64,000 bases of DNA from Paraphysomonas bandaiensis. Its lineage: Eukaryota > Protista > Chrysophyceae. Location: assembly GCA_965644295.1 (NCBI GenBank), contig CBFFRP010000078.1:124001-188000 (forward strand), read 5' to 3'. The translations under genes were made by a program, and so were the position numbers. The notes under the pieces were generated by a model, which was not told where the DNA came from, did no database searches, and saw only the letters and a program-made list of their open reading frames with translations. Shown here piece after piece: positions 40,738 through 51,436 of this stretch. Within the stretch, counting starts at the first letter, position 1. Each line of letters begins with the position of its first letter.

Positions 40738-41681
40738 CTGTATTGGATCTTTCTGAAGACTTCATTTATGATCATCCGGTGTTTCGAATTGATCACAGAC
40801 TTGTTGAGCATGAGCCTGTTGAGGCAGAGGAAGGAATATCACAACATGGTTTGTCTAGGCATCAATATACAGTATTGTTTTGGTACAAATGTTGTTTTAA
40901 GGATACCACTCTGCTTGAATGCGCAGAGTTTCTGAGAATTGTTTGCAACGTGACTGTGAGCCGATCCACAGTGTGCAGAGCACTCCTCCGACTTGGTTTC
41001 AAGAAAAAGCATATGAAGTACATCGCCAAGTATCTTGACGAGAATGATAGAGTGGCATTTTGGGTCAATCCGCCTGATCATTCACTGCGACCGGGTGTGC
41101 TTGGGGTTTATTATCGGGACATTGTGGACTTAGACGAAAGCGGCTTTTACGTCTCCAATTCACGGCGTGTCTGTGGTCACTCTCTTGGGAGCACCTCAAG
41201 CAGTTCTATTGGAAACAAAGCCCGCATGCTGCCCCACTACTCATTGCTAGTTGCTATCGACGCTCGCAAAGGTGTGATCAACAACATATTTTATCCACAT
41301 GGCACAACTTCGGAGGTATTCTACCACTTTGTTGTGTACCTGTTAATTCCCAGTCTTGAGGGTACTGGGAGACGTGTCATTACAATGGATCGCTTGAGTG
41401 CTCATTTTGGAGTTGTGGTCAAAGCTCTAACGGATGCTGGACATTATGTTGTCTTTCGTCCTGCTTCGTCCCCTACCTTTGCACCAGTGGAATGGGTATT
41501 CAGTTACGTGGACAAGTTTCTTCAAGAGCATAGTCCACAAGTCACGCCCAATTCATTAAAGTTTTGGTTAAGGACGGCTTTGGATACAATTAGTAGGTTT
41601 GACGTCAAACAGTATATGGCAGCTGCACACTTTTATGTCCCGACGTATCCGTACACACCTTACCGCGGTGAACAATCATAG
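40725..41681 (+). CDS. IS630/Tc1-like DD33E transposase, copy A
   Basis: HTH TLLECAEFL...VSRSTVCRALLRLGFKKK; catalytic IVDLDESGF, ITMDRLSAH, SSPTFAPVEWVF; 33 residues between the second D and E. Confidence 0.92.
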   Translation: MAAAPVLDLSEDFIYDHPVFRIDHRLVEHEPVEAEEGISQHGLSRHQYTVLFWYKCCFKDTTLLECAEFLRIVCNVTVSRSTVCRALLRLGFKKKHMKYIAKYLDENDRVAFWVNPPDHSLRPGVLGVYYRDIVDLDESGFYVSNSRRVCGHSLGSTSSSSIGNKARMLPHYSLLVAIDARKGVINNIFYPHGTTSEVFYHFVVYLLIPSLEGTGRRVITMDRLSAHFGVVVKALTDAGHYVVFRPASSPTFAPVEWVFSYVDKFLQEHSPQVTPNSLKFWLRTALDTISRFDVKQYMAAAHFYVPTYPYTPYRGEQS

Positions 41682-42202
41682 GGGTGCTATGTGGTTGTAG
41701 TGCACGTTGTGACTGCGCTGCACTTAGTATTTATTAATCTGGTTATTTATTCTTAACTATTCTAAATTATTATTCTTAAGTAATTTGGAACAGTATATTG
41801 CAATACCTTGCAAATGATATTAATCTGTTTAATATATTATTAGCTATATGTCGGTGGAATGCTTTTCACTTTTCACATTGTAATTACTAGTTTCATACGA
41901 AATTGAAAGCGCAGTGCTCACGGCAATAGTGATGAGAGTAAGCTTGTGTAATTTGGGCTCAAAATGAGTCCATTAAAAATTTGGGTGAATGTGTGATTAT
42001 TACACAGTTCTAGTGATGACATAATATGATTAATAATTAATACATTAATTAACAATAATAAAATTTATATAAAACTTCTTGACAACGATTGAATAATAAT
42101 AACAGCGAAAAGCAATAATAATAAAAGGCTATATCTGGAATCAGCAGGCTATAATAAGAAAACAAACTAATTTATAAAAAGAAAAGACACAATGCTAAGG
42201 GT

Positions 42203-43744
42203 CTACTCCGGGAAAGTGCCATCTGAAGTGGGCTCCAGCTTCAGCTCATTCAAATCATGAACTAAATCAGGCCTCAACACAACCACCACCGCATTGACAG
42301 CAGCCACACAACCTTTCAAGTCCATCTCTGTATCGTGACTGTACGCGTTATTTGGCGACAGTGGAGCCGACACTGGATGTAGCAGGGAAAAAATTCTGTC
42401 CGCAAGCCGCTTGTTTTCTGAGACACTGATGGTGAGGAGCCGTGCGATTGTTTCTTTGCAGTCCTCATATAACACCTGGGCCTCTCTTCCAATATTTAAA
42501 GCAACAAAGTGAGCGTACAACTGTTGTCTGAAGAATGTCAGGAAAGTCACAGTCTCCTCACGGGCCTGGAGTTCAACTGCACTCAGCTCAGGGGCACTGG
42601 TTGGAGCACAACCGTTCTCCTCCATGCGGCGTCTTTTGGCAGCCAACCCATCGTCTGCATTAGGAATGTCTGTAACTCCCTCCACATATTCCGGTGGAGC
42701 CGAAGCAACCGCGCGCACAGATGCGTCGTCCAGTGCCTTTCGTTGCTCCTCTGTTAATAGGCGCACAGCATTATGTCGGGAAATGGTTGCAATCAAAGAC
42801 TTAATCGGAACATCCATATCAATGGCCGCCTCAAGATTCTTCATGGTTTCAACTAATCGGTAGGTGGCATGGGGATGAAGTAAAAAAGATCGTTGGTCCG
42901 TCTGGTCTTTCTGGTGTTCTTCCCGAACTCTGGACATAACTGTATCTGATGCCCCGCAACGCTCAAGAAATCCAGGTGCTTGGCGCTCCAACTCTGACAG
43001 CACAATGTATCCATCCGGCTCTTGCAGGAGTTTATTCAAATGAATTAGAGCAAAGTTATTGACCTCAAAAGACGCTCTAGTGCTGTTCATTCGAGTCTGC
43101 TCGGCCAGTGCATTCATGTAAATCTGTCGCCGCTTCTTATCGTACTCCGAGATGACTTCAGCATGCTGTGGATACTTAGGGTAGGGACAATCCGACCACG
43201 GATCAGGCTGAATCCTAAACTCAACACTATGGGGCGCCACATTGCATACGGGACAGCTACACTTCACTTTAACAATTAAATCACAACCCTTGCACCTGCC
43301 CATTGGAGGTATGAATGTGGTGGCGTTGCTGATGGGACAGTCGTGCCTTAATGCTGCTTGCAACTCCGCACTCGACATGCACACAGGACAACGAGTGCAC
43401 TCCAAGCGATCATCTTTACTTGCTTTTTTCATCTCTGCGGCTTTGCAGTAGAACACGTCGTCCCTTTCTTCGTCATTTGTTATTGGTAGCCGTCGAACAT
43501 CTTTCTTTGCGCGCACGTGTTTCAGGAATCCCTTCCAGATGGTATAATGATGAAGACACCCAGGACACCTCACACCATCTTGTGGTGGATTTCTTGTGTT
43601 CGATTTGAACCTTTCCTGCCCACCGTGAAGTACGGTGTGTTCTGGAACAACATCGCGGAGTGATGGGAGGTGAGCGGCCACCAAATTCTCGGAAGGAGCA
43701 AACACGAATATATCGCCACCATCGTGGTGATGAGCTGCAGCCAT
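42203..43744 (-). CDS. Transposon-borne 513-aa Cys/His-rich protein of unknown function (ORF2), copy A intact
   Basis: Uninterrupted ORF starting inside the right TIR; CPGC-x12-H, CTRCPVC, CKGC-x7-CSCPVC; NLS-like AAKRRRM. Confidence 0.85.
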   Translation of the reverse strand: MAAAHHHDGGDIFVFAPSENLVAAHLPSLRDVVPEHTVLHGGQERFKSNTRNPPQDGVRCPGCLHHYTIWKGFLKHVRAKKDVRRLPITNDEERDDVFYCKAAEMKKASKDDRLECTRCPVCMSSAELQAALRHDCPISNATTFIPPMGRCKGCDLIVKVKCSCPVCNVAPHSVEFRIQPDPWSDCPYPKYPQHAEVISEYDKKRRQIYMNALAEQTRMNSTRASFEVNNFALIHLNKLLQEPDGYIVLSELERQAPGFLERCGASDTVMSRVREEHQKDQTDQRSFLLHPHATYRLVETMKNLEAAIDMDVPIKSLIATISRHNAVRLLTEEQRKALDDASVRAVASAPPEYVEGVTDIPNADDGLAAKRRRMEENGCAPTSAPELSAVELQAREETVTFLTFFRQQLYAHFVALNIGREAQVLYEDCKETIARLLTISVSENKRLADRIFSLLHPVSAPLSPNNAYSHDTEMDLKGCVAAVNAVVVVLRPDLVHDLNELKLEPTSDGTFPE

Positions 43745-44193
43745 ATTGTTACATATTGTACAGTGTAATGGAGTTGTGGGTATAATTTGAGTCCACCAGG
43801 GGTAGAATGGAATGCTTGTGGAATGCTCGTGTCAGAATTGGAGAGTCGTCGGAATGGGTGTGGAGAGAGTGTTTTTGTGGAAAAACGAGTGCGTGGATAA
43901 AAGTTGACAGAAACGTACAGTACTACTAGTAGTATCTAAAATACCTGGACACAAAATATAAATATGTACTTTTTCAAACTAGCGTCTTTTATTTCTGGGA
44001 CATTTATCTACTGTATACTGTACGTTTCTGTCAACTTTTATCCACGCACTCGTTTTTCCACAAAAACACTCTCTCCACACCCATTCCGACGACTCTCCAA
44101 TTCTGACACGAGCATTCCACAAGCATTCCATTCTACCCCTGGTGGACTCAAATTATACCCACAACTCCATTACACTGTACAATATGTAACAAT

Positions 44194-45734
44194 ATGGCTG
44201 CAGCTCATCACCACGATGGTGGCGATATATTCGTGTTTGCTCCTTCCGAGAATTTGGTGGCCGCTCACCTCCCATCACTCCGCGATGTTGTTCCAGAACA
44301 CACCGTACTTCACGGTGGGCAGGAAAGGTTCAAATCGAACACAAGAAATCCACCACAAGATGGTGTGAGGTGTCCTGGGTGTCTTCATCATTATACCATC
44401 TGGAAGGGATTCCTGAAACACGTGCGCGCAAAGAAAGATGTTCGACGGCTACCAATAACAAATGACGAAGAAAGGGACGACGTGTTCTACTGCAAAGCCG
44501 CAGAGATGAAAAAAGCAAGTAAAGATGATCGCTTGGAGTGCACTCGTTGTCCTGTGTGCATGTCGAGTGCGGAGTTGCAAGCAGCATTAAGGCACGACTG
44601 TCCCATCAGCAACGCCACCACATTCATACCTCCAATGGGCAGGTGCAAGGGTTGTGATTTAATTGTTAAAGTGAAGTGTAGCTGTCCCGTATGCAATGTG
44701 GCGCCCCATAGTGTTGAGTTTAGGATTCAGCCTGATCCGTGGTCGGATTGTCCCTACCCTAAGTATCCACAGCATGCTGAAGTCATCTCGGAGTACGATA
44801 AGAAGCGGCGACAGATTTACATGAATGCACTGGCCGAGCAGACTCGAATGAACAGCACTAGAGCGTCTTTTGAGGTCAATAACTTTGCTCTAATTCATTT
44901 GAATAAACTCCTGCAAGAGCCGGATGGATACATTGTGCTGTCAGAGTTGGAGCGCCAAGCACCTGGATTTCTTGAGCGTTGCGGGGCATCAGATACAGTT
45001 ATGTCCAGAGTTCGGGAAGAACACCAGAAAGACCAGACGGACCAACGATCTTTTTACTTCATCCCCATGCCACCTACCGATTAGTTGAAACCATGAAGAA
45101 TCTTGAGGCGGCCATTGATATGGATGTTCCGATTAAGTCTTTGATTGCAACCATTTCCCGACATAATGCTGTGCGCCTATTAACAGAGGAGCAACGAAAG
45201 GCACTGGACGACGCATCTGTGCGCGCGGTTGCTTCGGCTCCACCGGAATATGTGGAGGGAGTTACAGACATTCCTAATGCAGACGATGGGTTGGCTGCCA
45301 AAAGACGCCGCATGGAGGAGAACGGTTGTGCTCCAACCAGTGCCCCTGAGCTGAGTGCAGTTGAACTCCAGGCCCGTGAGGAGACTGTGACTTTCCTGAC
45401 ATTCTTCAGACAACAGTTGTACGCTCACTTTGTTGCTTTAAATATTGGAAGAGAGGCCCAGGTGTTATATGAGGACTGCAAAGAAACAATCGCACGGCTC
45501 CTCACCATCAGTGTCTCAGAAAACAAGCGGCTTGCGGACAGAATTTTTTCCCTGCTACATCCAGTGTCGGCTCCACTGTCGCCAAATAACGCGTACAGTC
45601 ACGATACAGAGATGGACTTGAAAGGTTGTGTGGCTGCTGTCAATGCGGTGGTGGTTGTGTTGAGGCCTGATTTAGTTCATGATTTGAATGAGCTGAAGCT
45701 GGAGCCCACTTCAGATGGCACTTTCCCGGAGTAG
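44194..45734 (+). pseudogene. ORF2 copy B, frameshifted by 1 nt (real mutation or sequencing error)
   Basis: T5 at 45051-45055 versus A6 at 42882-42887 in copy A splits the protein into track ORFs 44194-45084 and 44979-45734. Confidence 0.75.
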
Positions 45735-46255
45735 ACCCTTAGCATTGTGTCTTTTCTTTTTATAAATTAGTTTGTTTTCTTATTATAGCCTGCTGATTCC
45801 AGATATAGCCTTTTATTATTATTGCTTTTCGCTGTTATTATTATTCAATCGTTGTCAAGAAGTTTTATATAAATTTTATTATTGTTAATTAATGTATTAA
45901 TTATTAATCATATTATGTCATCACTAGAACTGTGTAATAATCACACATTCACCCAAATTTTTAATGGACTCATTTTGAGCCCAAATTACACAAGCTTACT
46001 CTCATCACTATTGCCGTGAGCACTGCGCTTTCAATTTCGTATGAAACTAGTAATTACAATGTGAAAAGTGAAAAGCATTCCACCGACATATAGCTAATAA
46101 TATATTAAACAGATTAATATCATTTGCAAGGTATTGCAATATACTGTTCCAAATTACTTAAGAATAATAATTTAGAATAGTTAAGAATAAATAACCAGAT
46201 TAATAAATACTAAGTGCAGCGCAGTCACAACGTGCACTACAACCACATAGCACCC

Positions 46256-47212
46256 CTATGATTGTTCACCGCGGTAAGGTGTGTACGGATACGTCGGGAC
46301 ATAAAAGTGTGCAGCTGCCATATACTGTTTGACGTCAAACCTACTAATTGTATCCAAAGCCGTCCTTAACCAAAACTTTAATGAATTGGGCGTGACTTGT
46401 GGACTATGCTCTTGAAGAAACTTGTCCACGTAACTGAATACCCATTCCACTGGTGCAAAGGTAGGGGACGAAGCAGGACGAAAGACAACATAATGTCCAG
46501 CATCCGTTAGAGCTTTGACCACAACTCCAAAATGAGCACTCAAGCGATCCATTGTAATGACACGTCTCCCAGTACCCTCAAGACTGGGAATTAACAGGTA
46601 CACAACAAAGTGGTAGAATACCTCCGAAGTTGTGCCATGTGGATAAAATATGTTGTTGATCACACCTTTGCGAGCGTCGATAGCAACTAGCAATGAGTAG
46701 TGGGGCAGCATGCGGGCTTTGTTTCCAATAGAACTGCTTGAGGTGCTCCCAAGAGAGTGACCACAGACACGCCGTGAATTGGAGACGTAAAAGCCGCTTT
46801 CGTCTAAGTCCACAATGTCCCGATAATAAACCCCAAGCACACCCGGTCGCAGTGAATGATCAGGCGGATTGACCCAAAATGCCACTCTATCATTCTCGTC
46901 AAGATACTTGGCGATGTACTTCATATGCTTTTTCTTGAAACCAAGTCGGAGGAGTGCTCTGCACACTGTGGATCGGCTCACAGTCACGTTGCAAACAATT
47001 CTCAGAAACTCTGCGCATTCAAGCAGAGTGGTATCCTTAAAACAACATTTGTACCAAAACAATACTGTATATTGATGCCTAGACAAACCATGTTGTGATA
47101 TTCCTTCCTCTGCCTCAACAGGCTCATGCTCAACAAGTCTGTGATCAATTCGAAACACCGGATGATCATAAATGAAGTCTTCAGAAAGATCCAATACAGG
47201 AGCTGCAGCCAT
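46256..47212 (-). CDS. IS630/Tc1-like DD33E transposase, copy B
   Basis: 318-aa translation identical to 40725-41681. Confidence 0.92.
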   Translation of the reverse strand: MAAAPVLDLSEDFIYDHPVFRIDHRLVEHEPVEAEEGISQHGLSRHQYTVLFWYKCCFKDTTLLECAEFLRIVCNVTVSRSTVCRALLRLGFKKKHMKYIAKYLDENDRVAFWVNPPDHSLRPGVLGVYYRDIVDLDESGFYVSNSRRVCGHSLGSTSSSSIGNKARMLPHYSLLVAIDARKGVINNIFYPHGTTSEVFYHFVVYLLIPSLEGTGRRVITMDRLSAHFGVVVKALTDAGHYVVFRPASSPTFAPVEWVFSYVDKFLQEHSPQVTPNSLKFWLRTALDTISRFDVKQYMAAAHFYVPTYPYTPYRGEQS

Positions 47213-47643
47213 ATTGTTACATATTGTACAGTGTAATGGAGTTGTGGGTATAATTTGAGTCCACCAGGGGTAGAATGGAATGCTTGTGGAATGCTCGTGT
47301 CAGAATTGGAGAGTCGTCGGAATGGGTGTGGAGAGAGTGTTTTTGTGGAAAAACGAGTGCGTGGATAAAAGTTGACAGAAACGTACAGTATACTGTACAT
47401 TTTCATGCTATACACTGTATATAGTATCTGTATACAGTGTATATTGCATTGTGGTATACATTGTATGGGGAGGGATACATTCGGTATATACTGTACATAT
47501 ATACACTGTATATATATATGTATGTAGCAGTGTGTTTACCATGATATCACTCATATACTATTACAGAACTATTCTATCACTAGAATTGAGCCTATAGAGA
47601 CCATCTCAATCATACTTACTCACTCAATAGATTTTATATCAAT

Positions 47644-50074
47644 ATGAATATGCATCATAGTGTATCAGACTTAAATACTCTTCTACAAGGACTTCAAGAG
47701 GGTATGATAGTATCCCATGGAACCATCTCATCTACAACCCCATCCACACATATAGATACATATATTAATACAGCAAATACAAGTTCATTACAAGATATTA
47801 TTACTGTGAATGTGAAGTGTTATGATATCTTGTATGTATGGATAAGTCACCATCATGATAACGGAATCAAATTATATGAAATTGAAAAAATGTTTTCATC
47901 ATTAACGGATCTCATAAAGTTTAACTTAACTTATATAACGAAACTGTATGTAAATATCAGTAGTACTTGCTTATTGTGCACTTATGATATGCATGTAGGT
48001 TTACGAATGGAAGTATAAACGACCTAAATGGCGTGATATCTGTGGTTGACTTATGCTTACGCTTCTCAACTTTATTACCAGCTGTGTTTTTAAAGGAAAT
48101 GTTCACTCGACATTTCTCTGTGGTACATAGCGTTGCGCTGCCTGTTGAATTGCTCAGTGAACTACGATCTGTGCTAATATTGATGTATACATCTTCGACA
48201 CGTACAACTGAGGAATCGCCATTTGCTAATTTGGAACTCAAGGATGACATGTTGCATCGCGAACTCAAGTCAAATCATGAATGTAGGGAATATATCGAAC
48301 AAATTAATAGTATTTGGGTTCCCCCAATGTTTTATGACACTACGGTCAACCAAACAGATGGTCATAAACGTGATAGCTACATCTGCGACCACATTGGCAA
48401 AATGTGTATTACATTGCGCGAAGACATCATTCAATTTCTTACAGCTGTGTTTATTCCCGGGTCGGATGTTGATGCTTTGGTAGAAAATTTTAATGAGTAC
48501 ATTTCAAAAAATATTGAAACAACCCAGAGTGTGATAAAGTTTGATATCACGACATCTGTGTCTGTGGAGTGCCTTGCGATCATTAGGTATATTTGAGCAC
48601 CTTCTTTACCAGAACTCATTGTATTTCTGTACAGATTTTTCAATAATTTAAACAGCGCAATGGGATCTGTGGATATTTGCCGCTCAGTTTTGCTTAGGTC
48701 GTTGTCGTTTTCATTGCAAATGGTAAAGCCTACGACACACTGTTCACTGTTTCAATCTATATATGTAGGCTGACGAGAGATTTTCAACTTTCACCGTTTG
48801 TGATACGAGTATGATATAAAGTGTTGTAATGTCTAGTCTTACTTTTAATATGTAGCCTTGGTGCTGATTTCCAATATTTGTGAGGATACGTGTTTGTCAT
48901 CATTGTCGAATTCCGAGCAGCGTGATGCGTTATTGATGATGTTGTTTACTATTAGCAAGGCGCCGTCCAGGTTTTGGTATAATGTCATAATTTTTCAGCT
49001 GGTAATTGCGTTTCCATTCAGTATATATTCGGCAGGATCTTGGATTGTACCTAAATCACTTAAGATTATGCGGTAAGAGTTTACATTCAATATTATGCTT
49101 CTTGCTGCTAATGCACAATCAGTTGCGTGACAGACCCGAGAAGCAAGTACCTTGCAGGCAGATGTGCGCAAGCCATAGTACCTGTGTCAAGTACTATATC
49201 GGGTGTAAAGGTATTCAATATGAAATACTACCTATCAACTTCTTATTTACGTCTCTGGTGAGCAGTGCACTCATTTGTGCATAGACCAAGTATCTAGGTG
49301 AGCTCAATGGTGGTTTAATCTCTGGATTCTTATTCTATTTTTTGTAGTTTTTTGGCCACTCATTCATCTGGAGCGCAAGCTTTTGCTCTCTTTCGCTCAC
49401 TACAGGTCAAATTTGGTTTGTATTTGAACTCCCTTGATTTTATGCGTAGCTTTTTATTTCAGTATGCCCTGTTGGTGTTCTCAAGACGAAGACACAATTG
49501 CTCACAGATTGTGCGTTTTCCCTTTTATCTCATAATGTACCCGTACTGTTATCATTTCTTGAGCGGGATGCGCAGGATTCATCGCCGTGCAATGAATGGA
49601 GCTCGAGTTTATTTGAATCTTTTTCACTTGCGGTGTGTTGCCTTAAAATCTTATTCTGGATAAATTAAGTTTTCTGTAGATAATGTGTGTACGATTACTT
49701 TGCATAGTTGTCACTCGCTGCGATAACGGTGAGTCAGTTAACTGCTGTGTGTGAAACTGTTATCATTTATTGACTTACTAGATGTCAAATTTGGGATCCT
49801 GGAGAAGCTTCTTATTTCAACTGCCGAGGTTGGTTGCATTTGCTCTACATTTCGAAGCTGTTGTCGGCGTTATCGCGATACCCTCAATGAAGATAAAGCA
49901 TCGAGCAAGGATGTTGTCTATACTGCAACGGACACTGTTTTCACAAAAGCAGTTGTAGAATTTTATAAAGCTGTGGAAGTCGCTCAATATGTGATGCGAA
50001 TGAAGTTTACTGAGCAGTGGAGCTGCATCACTGAGCAAGTACCAGAATTGCAACCACATCAAGAAGCTATATAG
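47644..50074 (+). CDS. Hypothetical multi-exon protein (exon structure uncertain)
   Basis: Chain of + strand ORFs (47644, 48033, 48858, 49751) separated by short GT-AG-bounded AT-rich gaps; no recognisable domain. Confidence 0.45.
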
Positions 50075-51366
50075 CATTGTGGTGTAAATAGCTATAGTTC
50101 TTAGAGGTCGATAATCGCTTTCCTTGTAAGTATTTCAATCATTTTTGTCGTTATGGTTTCGAAACTTTTTGGAGATGTATACAAGAAAAATATGACTTGT
50201 TAAGCACTGGTATGTGAGTACTGATTTCGCTATTTTGCCCGTTGTTGATGTCTAGTGAGTTGGTAGTTGAATGCTTTACCAACTTTCTACTTAGCGAATG
50301 AATCTTTAATTAACATTAAAGCAACTATCTTCATAATGGTAGAACACAAAACTTCTGCCCTTCACTTCGAAATGTAATAGGTAATAGTATCTTAAGTCTT
50401 AAGAAAAGACTATATATTAGTTGTCGTCCATCATATTAATCAGCTAATACATAGTAAAGGAGGTATATAGTATATATTATGTATTGCAATAGGTCTAGTT
50501 CATGGGTCAACCCTTAAGTCTAAGTTTAAAATTCCGCACCCCACACTCAAAATTGGTAAGGTATTGTGCTTTAGGCTGGAAAACTTTCTATTATCGCAGT
50601 ACAGATAAATAATTATATGAAAAGCCTTGTTATTACATGATAGGAATGCATTGTTGGCACTTCACTACACAGGAGAGCTACATAACATAGAACTACTACA
50701 TAACGCTGTTATAGTGTAGAATTAGATCATTGCACCCAGAAAAATTGCTGTATACTAGTTTATTGTGACGAAGGTTTGGTGCTCTTCTCTTAGTAACTTT
50801 GAGTCAACTCGGAAGCGGTCTTAATAAGCTGGTAGTAAATAGAATGAGCATTTTCACAGCTACTTTGCATTGTAAGTCATATAAAACACGCATGGCATCA
50901 TCGAAAATACCTTTGATGAAGTGACACTGTCTACATTCGTGTCGTTTGAAATATCATCTATCATCAAGGATGGCGGAGAAATAGAAAAAAAGATTCCCAG
51001 CCCTCCACGAATTCCTCAATTTCAGTTTCGACTGCCAATGGTTCACTTTCAACATCACACCATAACTTGACAGCACTGGCTCGCTGTTCGGCATATAAGG
51101 ACTCAACTCAGGAATTCCTAAAGCTACATCATGCACATCCGGAAGCTCCTTAACTTCGACACAATGTTGACAGGTTTCACACGGAATCCATATCACTCAT
51201 AGATATATATCTATCCGCTATAGATTAATCAGTTGTTGTTGCATTGATACTGGTAAACAAGGTGAATAGTATTACAGTGATTCAACTATTAAAAGATGCT
51301 GTCGCAAAGCTATTTATATACATCATCAAGAATATTCATACAGTCAAAGCTATGAAGTTTCAAACC

Positions 51367-51436
51367 ATACCTACCTACCTACCTACCTACATACATACAT
51401 ACCTACCTACCTACATACATACATACATACATACAT
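51367..51436 (+). repeat. Compound (TACC)/(TACA) microsatellite
   Basis: Read directly. Confidence 0.9.

Larger units (their letters stand above)
40549..43920 (+). mobile_element. IS630-Tc1-mariner DNA transposon, copy A (3372 bp, 189-bp TIRs, TA target duplication, two convergent ORFs)
   Basis: TA|CTGTACGTTTCTGTCAAC...GTTGACAGAAACGTACAG|TA; TIRs at 40549-40737 and 43732-43920; encodes a DDE transposase. Confidence 0.95.
44018..47388 (-). mobile_element. Same transposon, copy B, inverted (3371 bp, TA target duplication)
   Basis: TA|CTGTACG...CGTACAG|TA; reverse complement of copy A except for a 1-nt homopolymer difference. Confidence 0.95.

Noticed and set aside
40495-40935. ORFs 40495-40935, 43964-44368 and 47002-47415 sharing YVSVNFYPRTRFS...
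   Set aside because: Alternative-frame read-through of the TIR, starting in unrelated flanking DNA; not independent genes.
42203-43744. ORF2 as a Fanzor/TnpB RNA-guided nuclease (these are known cargo of Tc1/mariner elements)
   Set aside because: No RuvC-I (hydrophobic-D-P/L-G), RuvC-II E or C-terminal CxxC...CxxC-RD motif is visible, and the Cys clusters are N-terminal. A profile search would be needed to exclude it fully.
40544-43925. 5-bp TSD TACTA around copy A (and 4-bp TATA around copy B)
   Set aside because: The lengths disagree between copies and arise from local TAC/TA repeats; TA is the common duplication expected for ITm elements.
40549-47388. Palindrome as a pure assembly or fold-back artefact
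   Set aside because: Symmetry ends at element termini with separate TA sites and a unique 97-bp spacer. An artefact is disfavoured but not excluded without reads.
50750-51200. Coding-like stretch on the minus strand (ORF 50954-51196)
   Set aside because: Short, non-ATG start, no recognisable motif or consistent exon chain; possibly a decayed fragment.
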